64,000 nt of DNA from Octopus vulgaris (lineage: Eukaryota), in contig OX597818.1 in NCBI GenBank assembly GCA_951406725.2, positions 17,422,001-17,486,000 on the forward strand. Reading direction: 5' to 3'. The notes beneath the pieces were generated by a model. It worked only from the letters and a program-made list of their open reading frames with translations, did no database searches and was not told the DNA's origin. The translations under genes were made by a program, and so were the position numbers. Shown here piece by piece: positions 14,008 to 28,427 of this stretch. How positions within the stretch are numbered: the first letter of the stretch is position 1; each line of letters opens with the position of its first letter.

Positions 14008-14055
14008 GTCTCTGATGAAGGGACATCCCTAATATCCCAGAAACAGCTGTAATAC
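14008..14055 (+). ncRNA. Type I minimal hammerhead ribozyme (stem mismatches)
   Basis: gtct CTGATGA a gggacatccctaatatccc a GAAA cagctg TA atac. Confidence 0.75.
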
Positions 14056-14156
14056 TAACTTTCTCTTTATAAATGTCCTGAAACCTCCACACAGCCTTGG
14101 CTTTGTTGTCTCATTTTATTTAACACACACAAACATACATACATATATACATACAT

Positions 14157-14214
<58 letters not shown>

Positions 14215-14272
14215 TACATACATATATTATATATATATACATATATATATTTATATACATATATATATACAT

Positions 14273-14685
14273 AGGCGCAGGATTGGCTGTGTGGTAAGTA
14301 GCTTGCTAACCAACCACATGGTTCCGGGTTCAGTCCTACTGCGTGGCATCTTGGGCAAGTGTCTTCTGCTATAGCCCCGGGCCGACCAATGCCTTGTGAG
14401 TGGATTTGGCAGACAGAAACTGAAAGAAGCCTGTCTTATATATGTATATATATATATGTGTGTGTGTGTGTGGGTGTGAGTGTTTGTATGTCTGTGTTTG
14501 TCCCCCTAGCATTGCTTGACAACCGATGCTGGTGTGTTTACGTCCCCGTCACTTAGCGGTTCGGCAAAAGAGACCGATAGAATAAGTACTGGGCTTACAA
14601 AGAATAAGTCCCGGGGTCGATTTGCTCGACTAAAGGCGGTGCTCCAGCATGGCCGCATTCAAATGACTGAAACAAGTAAAAAAAG
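14273..14685 (+). mobile_element. SINE family A, full length
   Basis: A-box-like tggctgtgtggt, B-box-like ggttcagtcc, internal TA/TG tract, conserved tail. Confidence 0.9.
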
Positions 14686-14696
14686 AAAAAGAATAC

Positions 14697-14805
<109 letters not shown>

Positions 14806-14844
14806 TATATATACATATATATATACATATATATGTATATATAC

Positions 14845-14962
<118 letters not shown>

Positions 14963-15344
14963 CAAAAGCCGGTGAGCTGACAGAAACGTCAGCGGTATAC
15001 GAGTTAATTTGTATCCAGAGGCCGCTCGTAAAGCGAAAACTCGTAAAATAGAGCAATAATTTTCTATAGTAGCAATGTTATAAATCATAATTCGTTCCCA
15101 GAGAAATATTTTACCCATGAAATTGATAATACTCGTACATAAAGGGCAATAATACAACCCAAACCAGAATCGAACCCACAAATCAAAGCTTACACGGCTC
15201 CTTGCGCATCCGACTGGACCAAACATTCACCCATCAATTTCAGCAAAATTTTAGATATATATACTTTAACTGTCCAATAGTATGTATGTATGTATGTATG
15301 TATGTATGTATGTATGTATGTATGTATGTATGTATGTATGAATG

Positions 15345-15668
15345 TAGTGAAGTCGCGTGGCTTAATGGTTAGGGCATTTGGCTCACAATAGTAAGGTCGT
15401 AGGTTAAATTCTCGGTGGCACGTTGTGTCCTTGAGCAAGACACTTTATTTCACGTTGCTCCATTCCATTCAGATGGTAAAATTGTGTAGTACATGTATTT
15501 CAAAGGGCCAGCCTTGTCACACTCTGTGTCACGCTGAATCTCCCTGAGAACTACGTTAAGGGTACACGTGTCTATGGAGTACTCAGCCACTTGCACGTTA
15601 ATTTCATGAGCAAGCTGTTCCGTTGATCGTATCAGCAGGGATCCTCGTCGTCGTAACCGACAGAGTGC
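15345..15668 (+). mobile_element. SINE family C (tRNA-derived)
   Basis: tRNA-like head gtggcttaatggttagggc, gtgtccttgagcaagacact, tail ...cgtcgtcgtaaccgacagagtgc; second copy at 43647. Confidence 0.85.
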
Positions 15669-16029
15669 TCCTTAAGTATGTATGTATGTATGTATGTATG
15701 TATGTATGTATGTATGTATGTATGTATGTATGTATTATGTATGTATGTATGTATGTATGTATGTATGTATGTGTGTGTGTGTATGTATGTATTTACATGT
15801 TATATATAATTATATTGTGTGTGTGTGTGTGTGTGGAGGTAATGTAATCCGTGTTCATCATTAATCCAGCACAAATTTCAACTGACCTAGTTTCTATCTC
15901 AAGTTCTGGATCGTCACATCAACCTGACGCTAATATTTGGTCGCGCTAAATGCTGCATAATAACATTGTCGCCAACGCCATTACTTACAAACACAGTCAA
16001 GATATTACAATGTATTTTTTCCATTTGTC

Positions 16030-17300
16030 AGTAAAACCAATGAATAAAATGCCTATTGTGTTAAGCGCAAACACCAGGCATTATCCATTAAAAACAAGGC
16101 TAAATTTTTGAAAAAAATGTTGACAAATGTGTGTCTGTAAGAAACTAAGAAATTTGTGTGAGCTCTCACTATTTATGACAGTAAGAAGCAGAAAAAGACA
16201 ACTGTTTCTATTTCTTGCTAACAGTAATTCAAAGAAGCGGCCATTTAAAAGGAAACAATGAAAGATGAAAAAGTACAGAATTAGATTAAGCTGTGATGAA
16301 GTGGTTTAGGGAATGTAAAAATTAACGGTGTTGAGTTGTCAATGAAGGCGGCGAGCTGGCAGAAACGTTAGCACACTGGGCGAAATGCTTAATGGTATTT
16401 CGTCTGCGTTACGTCGTGAGTTCAAATTCCGCCGAAGTCGACTTTGCCTTTCATCCTTTCGGGGTCGATAAATTAAGTACCAGTTACGCACTGGGGTCGA
16501 TGTAATCGACTTAATACCTATGTCTGTCCTTGTTTGTCCCCTCTGTGTTTAGCCCCTTGTGGGTAATAAAGAAATAGGTGCTGAGTTGTCAGGAGATATA
16601 ACGAAGGAACAAGCCCCAAAAAATTTATTTTAAAAAATTAATCTTATATTATGAGTGAGAATACAGTGAAGAATATAGTGAGGAATAGCTACAGTGTTCC
16701 AAGGATCGTCATGACTTAATGTTTAGTGCAGATGTGGTGAAAATGTTCGACAGACAAGGAAACGCCTGCTAAGTTTGTTGCAATTTCGCCAAGTTAATTT
16801 CAGATGGACATATATCCTCAGCAGATTTACAATGCAGCTGAGATATCATTGTTTTGAGAATGTACGCGAAGAACACAACAACAGCGGATGCAGAATCACT
16901 AACAGGCTTTAAACCATCAAACATTATGTCATACTGCGTGGTAATTTGTGAGTCATTGTGTCAGAAAAAATGGTTGGATAACGACTGACAAAACATTCAA
17001 TAGATTTGATAGTTGCTTTGTTCTCTAAGAGTTCGCTGTGATTCTAATGGCGTGAACCACAACTGTAAGATAATGCTCATTTTAGACAACTGTTCCGCAC
17101 TTCCTAAAGTAGATCTCCTAGTAAAAATAAATGTTTTTTAGCATTTACCTATAGCATACTACGTTCCATTAAATCTAAATACCCATTTATGAGCACCTAC
17201 TGACTGAAGTTAACGCTGGCGAACTAGAATGTGAGTTTCTCAAGGGAGTTAATGTAAAATATATGGTTTACTGTTTTGTTGAAGTTTAGAAGTATGTAGA
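16030..17300 (+). pseudogene. Decayed Tigger/pogo transposase
   Basis: Fragments MKWFR, QIYNAAEISLF and MLILDNCSALP; interrupted by a SINE. Confidence 0.7.
16342..16576 (+). mobile_element. SINE family B, full length with TSD
   Basis: 15-bp TSD ggtgttgagttgtca (16327-16341) / ggtgctgagttgtca (16577-16591). Confidence 0.92.
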
Positions 17301-17469
17301 AGCATTCACCATTTGATCGCAAATGGTCGATGAAACATCCAATAACTATTAGCCTTATTTAGAAGCCATAACCACACACTACTCATACTATTTCTGTTTG
17401 TGCAGCTTTAAGTAACGCAATTCTAAGTGAAACTTTTATTACAGATATCTAACCTCAACAATACTGGTT

Positions 17470-18410
17470 GCGTGATGCCTTTGGTAGGCTTTACAAGCGT
17501 CTCTGGTCACGCTATAGCATATCTGTCCAAACTAAAGTTAATGTTTATAACATGTGTATTCTTCCATCAATGCTCTGTGGAAGTGAGACATGAGTTATTT
17601 ATCGTAAACATTTGAAACATTTCAAGCGATTCCATCAACATTGTCTTCGGGAAATTCTTGGAGTAAGATGGAGAACGGTGATCAGTAATGTAGAGGTACA
17701 AGAGAGAAGTTTTAGTAGGAGTGTAGAAGTGACCATTCTTCAAAGTCGTTTGAGGTGGAGCTGACATCTGGTGAAAATAAGTGATAAAAGAATTCCTTTG
17801 TACGGAGAGCTGAAAGATCGTAAAAAGCCAGCACAAAATGATGTTCAAAGACTACCTTAAAACTGCTTTGGCACAAACAGGAATTTCAGATGTTGATTGG
17901 GAGAGAGAAGCACAAAATCGAAATAGATGGAGGAAAAGAGTGCACAGTGGTTGCTCGAAGTTTGAAAGAGAGAGGATGAAGCACAAAAAAAATCAGGGGA
18001 AAGCTTAGAAAAAAATGAGCCAAAAGAAAACGGAGGAGTATTGATTTTTACGTGTGTGATTTGTAAGAGGAAATGCTTAAGTGGTGCAGGCTTGGTGAGC
18101 CATCAAAGAATCCACAAAAATCGAACCCTTGTATATTATGATACAGCTATTGATGACTACACAACATGTACAACCTGTGGAAATGTGTGCCGTTCAGTTG
18201 GAATATTAAAAAGACTTGTCAAAAGACTTCATACTGTAGTACTGGTTCCTTCCACCAGCCAGCACAACTGTGCATTATGCAATAAAATGTGCAAATCTTT
18301 GGCCGGACTCAAGACTCATACAAGGGCCTCACATTGCATAATCAATGACTCATTTCGATGATTCTTTCTAACTTTGGCTTTATTCGTAATCGAGAAAGCA
18401 GCCACTATTT
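17470..18410 (+). pseudogene. 5'-truncated RTE-clade LINE 3' end with C-terminal C2H2 zinc fingers
   Basis: AFGRLYKRLW...TKVNVY...CLREILGVRW, RLRW, WEREAQNRNRWR; ORF 18041-18361 has three CxxC...H motifs. Confidence 0.85.
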
Positions 18411-18729
18411 ATAATCTCTATGTATGTATGTATGTATGTATGTATGTATGTATGTATGTATGTATGTATGTATGTATGTATGTATGTACGTATGTATGTA
18501 TGTATATTTATGTATGTATATATACACATACATATATACCTATACATATATATATATATTTTACGTATATTTATATATATATATTACGTATATATTTATA
18601 TATACATAGATGCATATATATATACTTATATATAAAAAAACTAATATATATATGTATGTATATGTGTGTGTATACATGTGTGTGTGTGCACACACACACA
18701 CGCAATCACGCACACACACACACACACAG

Positions 18730-18783
<54 letters not shown>

Positions 18784-19091
18784 TTGCACGTACTCGAACA
18801 TGCGCACACATCAGCTTTTTATGAAATATTAGATATTTCTTCGTTCCGTTTTATTTCCTCTTTATCGAGACATTGTCGAAGGACTAATTAACTTTTAATT
18901 ATTTATTGAGCAGATTTTGTAAAGAAATAAATACCTCGTTTTGAAATAAGTCATTGTTTGTGTTGCAGAGCACATATGTAGCCATTATCTAATCATACTT
19001 TTATGACAATATCTGTAACTCTCCCTCTCTCTCTTTCTCTCTCTCTTCTCTCTCTCCTTCTTTCTCTCTCTATCTGTCTATATATATATAC

Positions 19092-19134
<43 letters not shown>

Positions 19135-19135
<1 letters not shown>

Positions 19136-19457
19136 TTTTACTCTTTTACTAGTTTCAGTCATTTGACTGTGGCCATGATGGAGCACCGTCTTTAGTCGAG
19201 CAAATCGACCCCAGGACTTATTCTTTGTAAGCCTAGTACTTATTCTATCGGTCCTTTTTGCCGAACTGCTAAGTTACGGGGACGTAAACACACAAGTATC
19301 GCTTCTTTCAGTTTCCGTCTACCAAATCCACTCACAAGGCTTTGGTCAGCCTGAGGTTATAGCAGAAGACAGTTGCCCAAGGTGCCACGCAATGGGACTG
19401 AACCCGGAACCATGTGGTTTGTAAGCAAGCTACTTACCACACATTCACTCCTACGCC
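19135..19457 (-). mobile_element. SINE family A, internally deleted
   Basis: Head and tail present, central microsatellite absent. Confidence 0.85.
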
Positions 19458-19532
<75 letters not shown>

Positions 19533-19819
19533 TAAGGTCACCTCATTTTGTGTTTAAATGTACACTAATTTTATACGGTATATATGTATGTATAGTTATG
19601 TGTGTGTGTATATATATATATGCATGTATGTATGGCTATGTGTTTGTATAGATAGATAGATAGATAGATACATTGATAGAGAGCAAAGGAGAGAGAGAGA
19701 GATGCTTATACATATAAAAGTGCGTGTGTGTATGCATATACATATAAATACATAATATATATACGTATGATATATATATATATACATACATATATATATA
19801 TATACATACATATATATAT

Positions 19820-19995
<176 letters not shown>

Positions 19996-20414
19996 TATAT
20001 CTGTATATGTCTTATTGTGCGTGTGTGTGTTTGCTAAAGACAAAGAGACATAAAGCTTATAATGAATTAATAGATAGGCAATGGTTATTCCATATATTAC
20101 CTTTAAACTTTCAGCTTAGTTTTTTTTTCTTTTTCTATTTTCTTTATGGCAATATGTCTTATGTATTTTTTTAAGTCAATAGGAAATTTATTTTAAATTA
20201 TGTGTTAAATAGCGAAAGCTGTACTAATACGTTAAGAAATTTAGAATTGTCAGCCGGAACACTTTGGCAGCAAAGTAAAAAGAGAATCGCTGTTGAATGT
20301 CACACGCGTGAAAATATTTCAAAAAGCCCACTAGCTTGGTTGATGTAAGGACTTACACATCAAGCAAAGAGAATAAAGAACGAAAATTTTCAATTGACTT
20401 TCATTCACAAATAA

Positions 20415-20725
20415 GGCAGACTTTCCTCCTTCCGGGTCGATAAAATAAGTACCAGTTGAGCACTGGGATCGATGTAATCTACTTGCCCTCTTCCCCGAAA
20501 TTACTGGCCTTGTGTCAAAATTTGAAAGCAATATTTTATTCCCAAATCAAAATGCTTAGCGGTATTTCATCCGTCTTTATGTTCTAAGTTAAAATTCTGT
20601 CAGGGTCGACTTTGCCTTTTATCCTTTCGGGGTCAATAAGATAAGTACCAGTAGAGCACTAGGGTTGATCTAATTGGCTTATCCCTCCCCCGAAATTGCT
20701 GGCCTTGTGCCAAAACTTGAAAGCA
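20415..20725 (+). mobile_element. Two SINE family B fragments in tandem
   Basis: gggtcgataaaataagtaccag...ggccttgtgccaaaa...tgaaagcaatattt occurs twice. Confidence 0.75.
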
Positions 20726-21148
20726 ATATTTTGATCACAAATCAAGTGTTGGTTCTAGCTAAATGTATTCAAATTTAGTTTCACCGAGAAAGATTGTACA
20801 AACATAAGGATCGTTAAAATGTTTTGCACAGAAGAACATGTCAAGAGATCGTTATTTAAGAGGGCGACAAAGGCAATTTTACAGCAAGAAAAGCACGTTT
20901 ACTAGGTTCAGCCAGTGAGTAGCTTTTGCTACAGAAAAATAATTCTTGTTCTAAGCAATCAAGTTTTGGCGAATGAAATTCAGAAAAATATCTTTTTAAA
21001 ATAACAGGTAATAAAACATGTCAACTTTTGGAACAAAGGCCAAGTTCAAAGTCAATGAATATCACGCAGAAAAATTCCTGCCTGAAGTAATACAGCTTTC
21101 ACTGGATTTTCTGACGCTTAAGAATATTTTAGGGTTGTAAATAAAAAT

Positions 21149-21455
21149 GGTGGAGGTGCAATGGCCTAGTGGTTAGGGCAGCAGACTCGCGGTCGGAGGA
21201 TCGCGGTTTCGATTCCCAGACCGGGCGTTGTGTGTGTTTATTGAGCGAAAACTCCTAAAAGCTCCACGAGGTTCCGGCAGGGGTTGGTGGCGACCCCTGT
21301 TGTACTCTTTCGCCCCAACTTTCTCTCATTCTTTCTTCCTGTTTCTTAAGTAACGCTGCGATGGACTGGCGTCCCGTCCAGCTGGGGGGAACACATACGC
21401 CACAGAAACCAGGAAACCGGGCCCATGAGCCTGGCTGGGCTTTAAAAGGACGCAT
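21149..21455 (+). mobile_element. SINE family D (tRNA-derived)
   Basis: Head ggtggaggtgcaatggcctagtggttagggcagc...ggtttcgattcc; tail with gcgatggactggcgtcccgtccag. Confidence 0.85.
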
Positions 21456-22062
21456 AAAAAATTAAAATGAGGTTCAGATCTTGCTAAAAAATAACAGTAC
21501 GATATGTTTGTCAGTTTTTGTCTCAACAGAAAATTTTAATAGTATAGTAAAAATGTTTTTCTGGAATAGTGGATCTCGAACACATAAAGCTATTAATAAC
21601 GGTTTCAAATTTTAACAAAAGCCATTCAGTTTCAGAAGTGTGAAAGTTGTCTACATCAACGAGTACTTATTTTATCGAACTGGAAATGATGAAAGGTAAA
21701 GTCGACTTCGATGGAATTTGAACTCAGAGCGTAAAGATAGACGAAATACCACTAAGCATTTTATTCGGCGTGCCAACGATTCTAACTGCTGACATGTAAA
21801 TATTGTATATTTTAAATAGGGCAGCCTTCGATCTTTTCAACTCAAAAGAGTTTTCCAAGCCAATATTTATGCGCTTCGAGATCCACTGTTCCAAAAAGAA
21901 TTATTTCACGTTCTGTCGAGAGTTTATAAATTCTTATGACGTCAACAAAGTTGAAGGAATTTTTCGCACAGCATGACTGTCACTTCTTTGTCCCTAATGA
22001 AAATGTTAAGGCGTGTGAAGAGTAGATAAACTATGTGTTCCCCAAGTTATAAATGTGAGTGT

Positions 22063-22147
<85 letters not shown>

Positions 22148-22218
22148 CGTGCGTGCGTGTGTGTGTGAAAACTCTTCCTTATAGGCAAATGAAATTTCAT
22201 GTTCTCAGTTGGTTCCGC

Positions 22219-23314
22219 GGATCTGTTCAGTTTGGTTCACAGATTTTTTAATTAATTTTTTTTAACTAAACAGTTTGAAACTTCGTATACCGGTGGAATG
22301 TCTCACGCAGAACATAGTTTACTTTGAACATTTTTGACAAAATTTGATATTTTAGAAGTTATTTCGTGTTAAAGCTGTCGTATTTAGGAAATTTCAACTA
22401 ATCAACGACGTGTATTCAGTTGAAGAAAGCTACTGCAGTTTGCGACAGTAATCGAAGAGGAACATCTCTACTAAATGTCACCACTCTGTTCTATTCGTAT
22501 GTCAAGCGAAGACGATGCCACCTTTATCCTTTCTTCTTTTCTAGTCAGCACCGTGCATTCCCTACCCTTTTTCTCCCTTCTACACAATCAACTAACAACC
22601 GGCGAGCGAATTTGTCACTGACGCTACAATTACAGTATTTCCCGGTGTATAAACCGCTATTTGTTTCGTTTTACCTTCATGTTTTGATAATGTTATTTTT
22701 GATCTAATAAAGACTTTTATATTGACGAAATATGTTTGTTGTTGATTATAGTAAGATAAAATCATGGGAATAACAATACATATAGTTGAAAATAAGGCAT
22801 TTTGAAACTACGTCAACAATAAAAATGCTAGCTGCGGTCTTGTAGCTCCATTGGTCCATTAAACACCGGAGCGCTTTATGTTCGGGTAAAATACCGATGT
22901 CGGGCAAACGATTAAATATATGTAAATAATATTTCTTCCTTCTTGGTGTTGGTTCTTCGATGTTTACTGGTTACTCCGACGCGAGAACCAAAAAAAAAAA
23001 AAAAAAAAAAGCGTGTAATATGCAACACAGGCAATAAGGAAACATTTAGTAGAGATGACACGGAAGTTGTTCCTCTTCGGTTACTGTCGTGAACTGCAGT
23101 AGCTTTCTTCATCTGAATACACGTCGCTGATTGGTTGAAATTACCCAAATACGACAACTTTAACACGAAATAACTTCTAAAATACCAAATTTTGTCAAAT
23201 ATGTTCAAAGTAAACCGTGTTCTGCGTGAGACATTCCACCAGTATACGAAGTTTCAAACTGTTTAGTTTTTAAAAAATTAATTAAAAAATCTGCGAGCCA
23301 AACTGAACAGATCT
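22219..23314. mobile_element. Fold-back DNA element with ~250-bp TIRs (Merlin-like termini)
   Basis: ggatctgttcagtttgg... and ...ccaaactgaacagatct; arms ~22219-22470 and ~23040-23314; shares blocks with 33805-34238. Confidence 0.8.
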
Positions 23315-24033
23315 GTTCCCGTCAGTTATCGATTCTGCGACCTGCCTTCACGAAGCCCTGTCAGCAACTGACATCAAAGCGTGGCAAAAAAGCTGTTTTA
23401 TAACCCTCGGTAAACTCTGAACCAAAGCACCAATTTTGGCAACATAAAAACAGAAAAAAAACACTTACACGTGACTGTTTTCTAATTGACGTCATATCAA
23501 AAGAAATGTCTCCTCGCGACATTCGCGTGGTGATAGCTGAAGGTTAGATTGGTCACATGACTCCTTAACAGAGAAAGACATTATTTGACTACATACTTTT
23601 TCGAATTCTCTTCTTTTATGAAGAAAGTATCTGTTTTATTTTAAATACCTATTGATCCACTCAGTAAAGGTATATCGTCAACTAGCGAGATGACATATGC
23701 ATTTATAATAATCCTTAACTTTTAGCAATAGCCATAATACAGTCCAGTTATATTAATATCGCTATGAATATAGATATATTTTATTCAGAAGACATACGTT
23801 TAAAAAGTAAATGTATACAGGCGCAGGCGTGGCTCTGTGTCAAGAAGCTTGCTTCCTAACCACATCGTTCTAGGTTCAGTCCCAGGTGTCTTCTGCTATA
23901 ACCGCAAGTCGACTAAAGTTTTGTGAGTGGATTTGGTCGACGGAAACTAAAAGACCGTCGTGTATATATGTATATATATATATATATATATATCCAAATT
24001 GTAATGATAATAGAATTTAGAACTGAAAATCTG

Positions 24034-25735
24034 TCAATGCTGAAGCACCTCAGGGTGAACAATATTCATTGTGTAATTTTTTGTTGGTGTCGAAATGAAT
24101 AAATTGTTGCTGCTTCCAACTCGCCAGCAAGCAACATAGAGTTGGCCGTGGGAGTAGCATGTAGTAGAGAGATCAAGGGCAATTACCCTAAGGGACTGAC
24201 CCTGAGATTTGTTAACTGAAATACCAAAATAGAACATCTGTAGGTATAGGAGGAATTTTAGAAATAAAGACATTTTACCTTTGTGACTACCTGTTATGAT
24301 TGTTGCCAGTAGGACATGGGGCTTCATGGAAGTAATAATTGAGTTCCATTACACAGGTGAGATGGGTCAAGATTCCTAAACAACATAATTTTAGTGTCAA
24401 GTTATGTGGTGCATTCCAGTGGTTTTAAGTGTGTTCAGAAATTCAACAGGGTATTAAACAATCTGATTTTGATGGACTGTTGTAAATTGATTGAAAAGTT
24501 ATTTCTAATGTATCTATTAACTTTTGAAGAATAAGTTGAGTTTATCAATCATTGCATTAGTTGGAGCTAGTATAGCTGCTTCACATAGCCAGTTTACATC
24601 AGTGTAATTGACAGATAAATTAGGAAATACTTTATTCATAAGATCCCAAAGGGAAAGTATCATTTGACTGCATGTAATTTCATGTAGCAGAAGTCTTGAG
24701 ATGAATGTTAATATATCATTACCAATCTTAAGAAGCTCGTATGATCCCCTGGTAGAAGTACTCTCATGTTGCTTGTAAGATGAAGTTTTTCACGTCTCCA
24801 AAGGTACGATTTTTTAAAGTATGCATTGACCTTATCAGCTATTGATCATCTGGGATAACTGGAAACGTTTAACGAAAATCTCCTGCAAGAACTGTTACTC
24901 CTCCCATGAGCGTGCTATTGTTTTTTATGTCTTGGGGGGTACGGTCAAGTACCTCTGGAGCTCTACGATATGGCAGAGGAGAACTGTTGCCATTGCAGAG
25001 TTTTGGGAAATATTGCATATTTGAGATTCCTTCATTGCAATGTTGAACATAGAATGAGCAGTTCTTGCCCTATTGAGGAGAGTAGCTGTAATACCAGAAA
25101 ATGCAACACTGGAAGAAGGTTAGATTTTATTTCCTTCCATTTGGGATTGCAGGTGAAAGTGACAAAAAGATCTGGTTTTTCTGTATGTCCTGACATATGT
25201 CATAACATCTTGTGTTCGTTCGTGTATATATCGAGGACAACCTGTGAATAATAATGGGAGGATTATAAGTTGCCCCATGTTTTGAATATCACCATCTGTC
25301 CTCAGAGCCTCTTCTAGAGATGAAGATGATTTTTAGCCTTGAACTTTTTTGATTGTTACAAGTGTAGAGGAGACGCTGACTCTCAGCTCTAGCGTACATA
25401 TCAACCAGGTATTGCCGAAATAGATCAGGATACATGTGTAATTGATTTGATTGTTCTGATCTTAACATCAGTTGGTAAGTATAGAAGTCATTTGATGACA
25501 CTGTTTGTTTGTAATTGGCTCTCTTGTTGCAGGTTCAATCAGTGGAATATTGAAATGATACCCATCTTGTCCATTCCACAGAATAAGAGTATACTGAAGA
25601 GCATCATAAGAGGGATGAGTCTGAAACACATTTAAGGTTGTTATCTCGAGCACGAATGAAAATATCACGATTTTCATGGGGATCACCCACTATAGGGATG
25701 GCTATATCATTAGATGAGGGCTCGTTAAAACGGCG
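24034..25735 (-). pseudogene. Decayed, internally deleted Helitron RepHel
   Basis: YDALQYTLILWNGQDGY, LFRQYLVDMYARAESQRL, PDLFVTFTCNPKWKEI (Rep); NKSQGQSL...SHGQLYVAC.RV (PIF1 helicase). Confidence 0.9.
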
Positions 25736-26247
25736 TAAAATGTCCTTTATTATAGTTTACTATAGACGTAACAAACAGGGAAACACACTCACAGACATAT
25801 AGACACTCATAAAATTGATAATATCTAATAAAATCATTTACTGTTTGAGCCCTCGTACCCAAAGAGAAATGACTGAAACAAAAGCATATAGTTGTGTGTG
25901 TGCATGTGTGTGTGTGTGCATGTGTGTGTGTGTGTGTTTAGAGAGAAATGGGCCGGAATTAGTGATACTAAATGATGAAAATCAACAATATGACAAAGAA
26001 AAGAAATACACACGCGGTAGAGTCTCATATATGTAATATAATGAGTTGAAAAAACTTCCACGCACACACAGGCACACACTCTCATGCACATACATACACA
26101 TCCATATGCACACATACACACACACACACACACGAGCGAGCGCATACAAACAAATGCACACGCGTACATGCACATTGGTATCGCCTGCTTTTTTATGTTA
26201 CATCGATTTTGAAGATAAAAGCGATCAGCGAGAAAGAAGAATTACAC

Positions 26248-26308
<61 letters not shown>

Positions 26309-26341
26309 GGTGGTGGTGGTGTTGGTGGAAGTCGCCGTCGT

Positions 26342-26402
<61 letters not shown>

Positions 26403-26483
26403 ACAGTGGTGATGGTGGTGGTGGTGGAAGTCGTCGCGGTGGTCGTCGTAGCAGTAGCTGTAGCAGCAGCAGCAGCAGTAGTG

Positions 26484-26515
<32 letters not shown>

Positions 26516-27010
26516 TTCTCTTGTCGCTGTTGTAATTATTTTGTCCCTGCTAGCTCAGCCCGAATTAAGCATTTCCATCCATGATCATCCCGTCTTTTAT
26601 TAAAGAGTCTCAGTATAACAACCCCGGACTACACAATTCCATATGTCCTTTAAGACAGTGGGTGTAATGTGAGAGGCATTTAGCTACTGTTTCTAGCAGG
26701 TCGAGCAATCTCACAGCAGTTCCCCCCTTAGACAGCAGAGGTAATAGTAGCAGTATAAGTGGTAAATATAGTGGAAGAGGCGGGGGCTTGTATGAGATTG
26801 AGTGAACAGTAGCAGAAGCGTTTGGCGACAGTAGGAGTGATAGCGCTCGTGAAAGTAGCAGTAGGAGTAGAAATGATAGTTGTGGTGGCATTAAGATGTG
26901 TCAGTGTTATGAAGATAGTAGCGGCAGTTCAATGTAATGAAAGAGTTAGTATGAGGAATAGTGGGAGTAGATATAGTAGAGGGGAAGTTGTAGTAGGAGT
27001 GAGTAGCGGT
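26248..27010. repeat. Compound (AGT)n/(GGT)n/(AGC)n tract
   Basis: Read directly. Confidence 0.85.
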
Positions 27011-27239
27011 AACAGAAATGCCACTACATAATTAAAATACATCCCCCTTTCTTTTTGTTTTGTGTCAGTGTGGTAAAAGAACCTTGCTTCCTAACCATGT
27101 GGTCTTCGTTTCGATCCTACTGCGCGGTTCGTATTTTGGGTAGGTGTTGTCTGCAATAGCGCCGGGCCGACCAAAGTATTGGAAGCTGATTTAGTAGCCG
27201 GAAACTGAAAGAATCCTGTTGCACCAGCGATCCCGACTG

Positions 27240-27445
27240 GAATGAGGAACATATTGCAATAGCATGAGATTCAAGAGCCCACAGCTATTTAACACCTTGC
27301 CAAAACATCTGAAGGATCTTCATTCAGTAGAGGTAGATATTTTCAAGAAACAACTTGACCTCTGCTATCCAAGGTCCCAAATGAACTTTTATCAAGGCAG
27401 GAGACTCAAAAGAAGGCAGCAGTGTAGAACTCCCTCCTTTTTCAA
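27240..27445 (+). pseudogene. LINE (CR1/L2-like) extreme 3' fragment inside a SINE A
   Basis: YCNSMRFKSPQLFNTLPKHLKDL...FKKQLD resembles the post-RT C-terminus. Confidence 0.6.
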
Positions 27446-27565
27446 AAGACATTCACATAAAATTGGCCATTGAAAATATGATTACACTGGCGGTGCTCCA
27501 GTATGGCCACAGTCTTATATAAAAGAATACAAGAAACACATATACATATATAAAAGAATACAAGA

Positions 27566-27605
<40 letters not shown>

Positions 27606-27940
27606 GAAAAGTACAGGACAAGTTATTACACCTGTAAAAGTATAGGACATGCTATTACTTCTAGTAATTTATTGCACAAAACTGTTCAGCTGATTTGTAA
27701 ATTTGTCTAATTAGTCGCTTTGTTCTGTATTTAAGATTGTAACTTAGCCAAATTCTACTTAAAGAAGTACAGTATTATTTATAAATTATAATAAATTATA
27801 ATAAAATAAGTTTTAATATTCAAATTTTAATTTTAGCTGCAATATTTTATTTAAAAACTTTCTTATTCTTTACTGGTTGAATGATATATATATATGTTAT
27901 ATATGAATGATATATATATATATATAAATATAAATACATA

Positions 27941-28138
27941 GGTGCAGGTATGGCTGCGTGGTAAGTAGCTTGCTTACTAATCACATGGTTCCAAGTTCAG
28001 TTCCACTGCGAGGCACCTTGGGCAAGTGTCTTCTACTAAAGCTTTGGGTCGACCAAAGCCTTGTGAATGGATTTGGTAGACTGAAACTGAAAGAACCCCG
28101 TCGTATATATATATGCATGTGTGCGTGTGTGCGTGTGT

Positions 28139-28171
<33 letters not shown>

Positions 28172-28378
28172 TATTTGCCTGTGCGTCTGTGTTTGTCCCC
28201 CACCATCGCTTGACAACCGGTGCCTGGTGTGTTTACAACCCAGTAACCCAGCGGTTCGGCAAAATAGTCCGATAGAATAAGTACTAGGCTTGCAAAGAAT
28301 ATGTCTTGGGGTCGAATTTTTCGTCTAAAGGCGGGGCTCCAGCATAGCCGCAGTCAAATGACTGCAACAAATAAAAGA
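27941..28378 (+). mobile_element. SINE family A, full length
   Basis: Match to 14273-14685. Confidence 0.9.

Positions 28379-28427
<49 letters not shown>

Larger units (their letters stand above)
13707..14124. mobile_element. Second head-to-head inverted pair of HHR-bearing pLTR-like units
   Basis: Arms ~13707-13917 and ~13924-14124, same family as 11305-12070, diverged from each other. Confidence 0.8.

Noticed and set aside
21149-21222. tRNA-like sequence
   Set aside because: It is the head of SINE D; it continues into SINE body and recurs at 63655-63727
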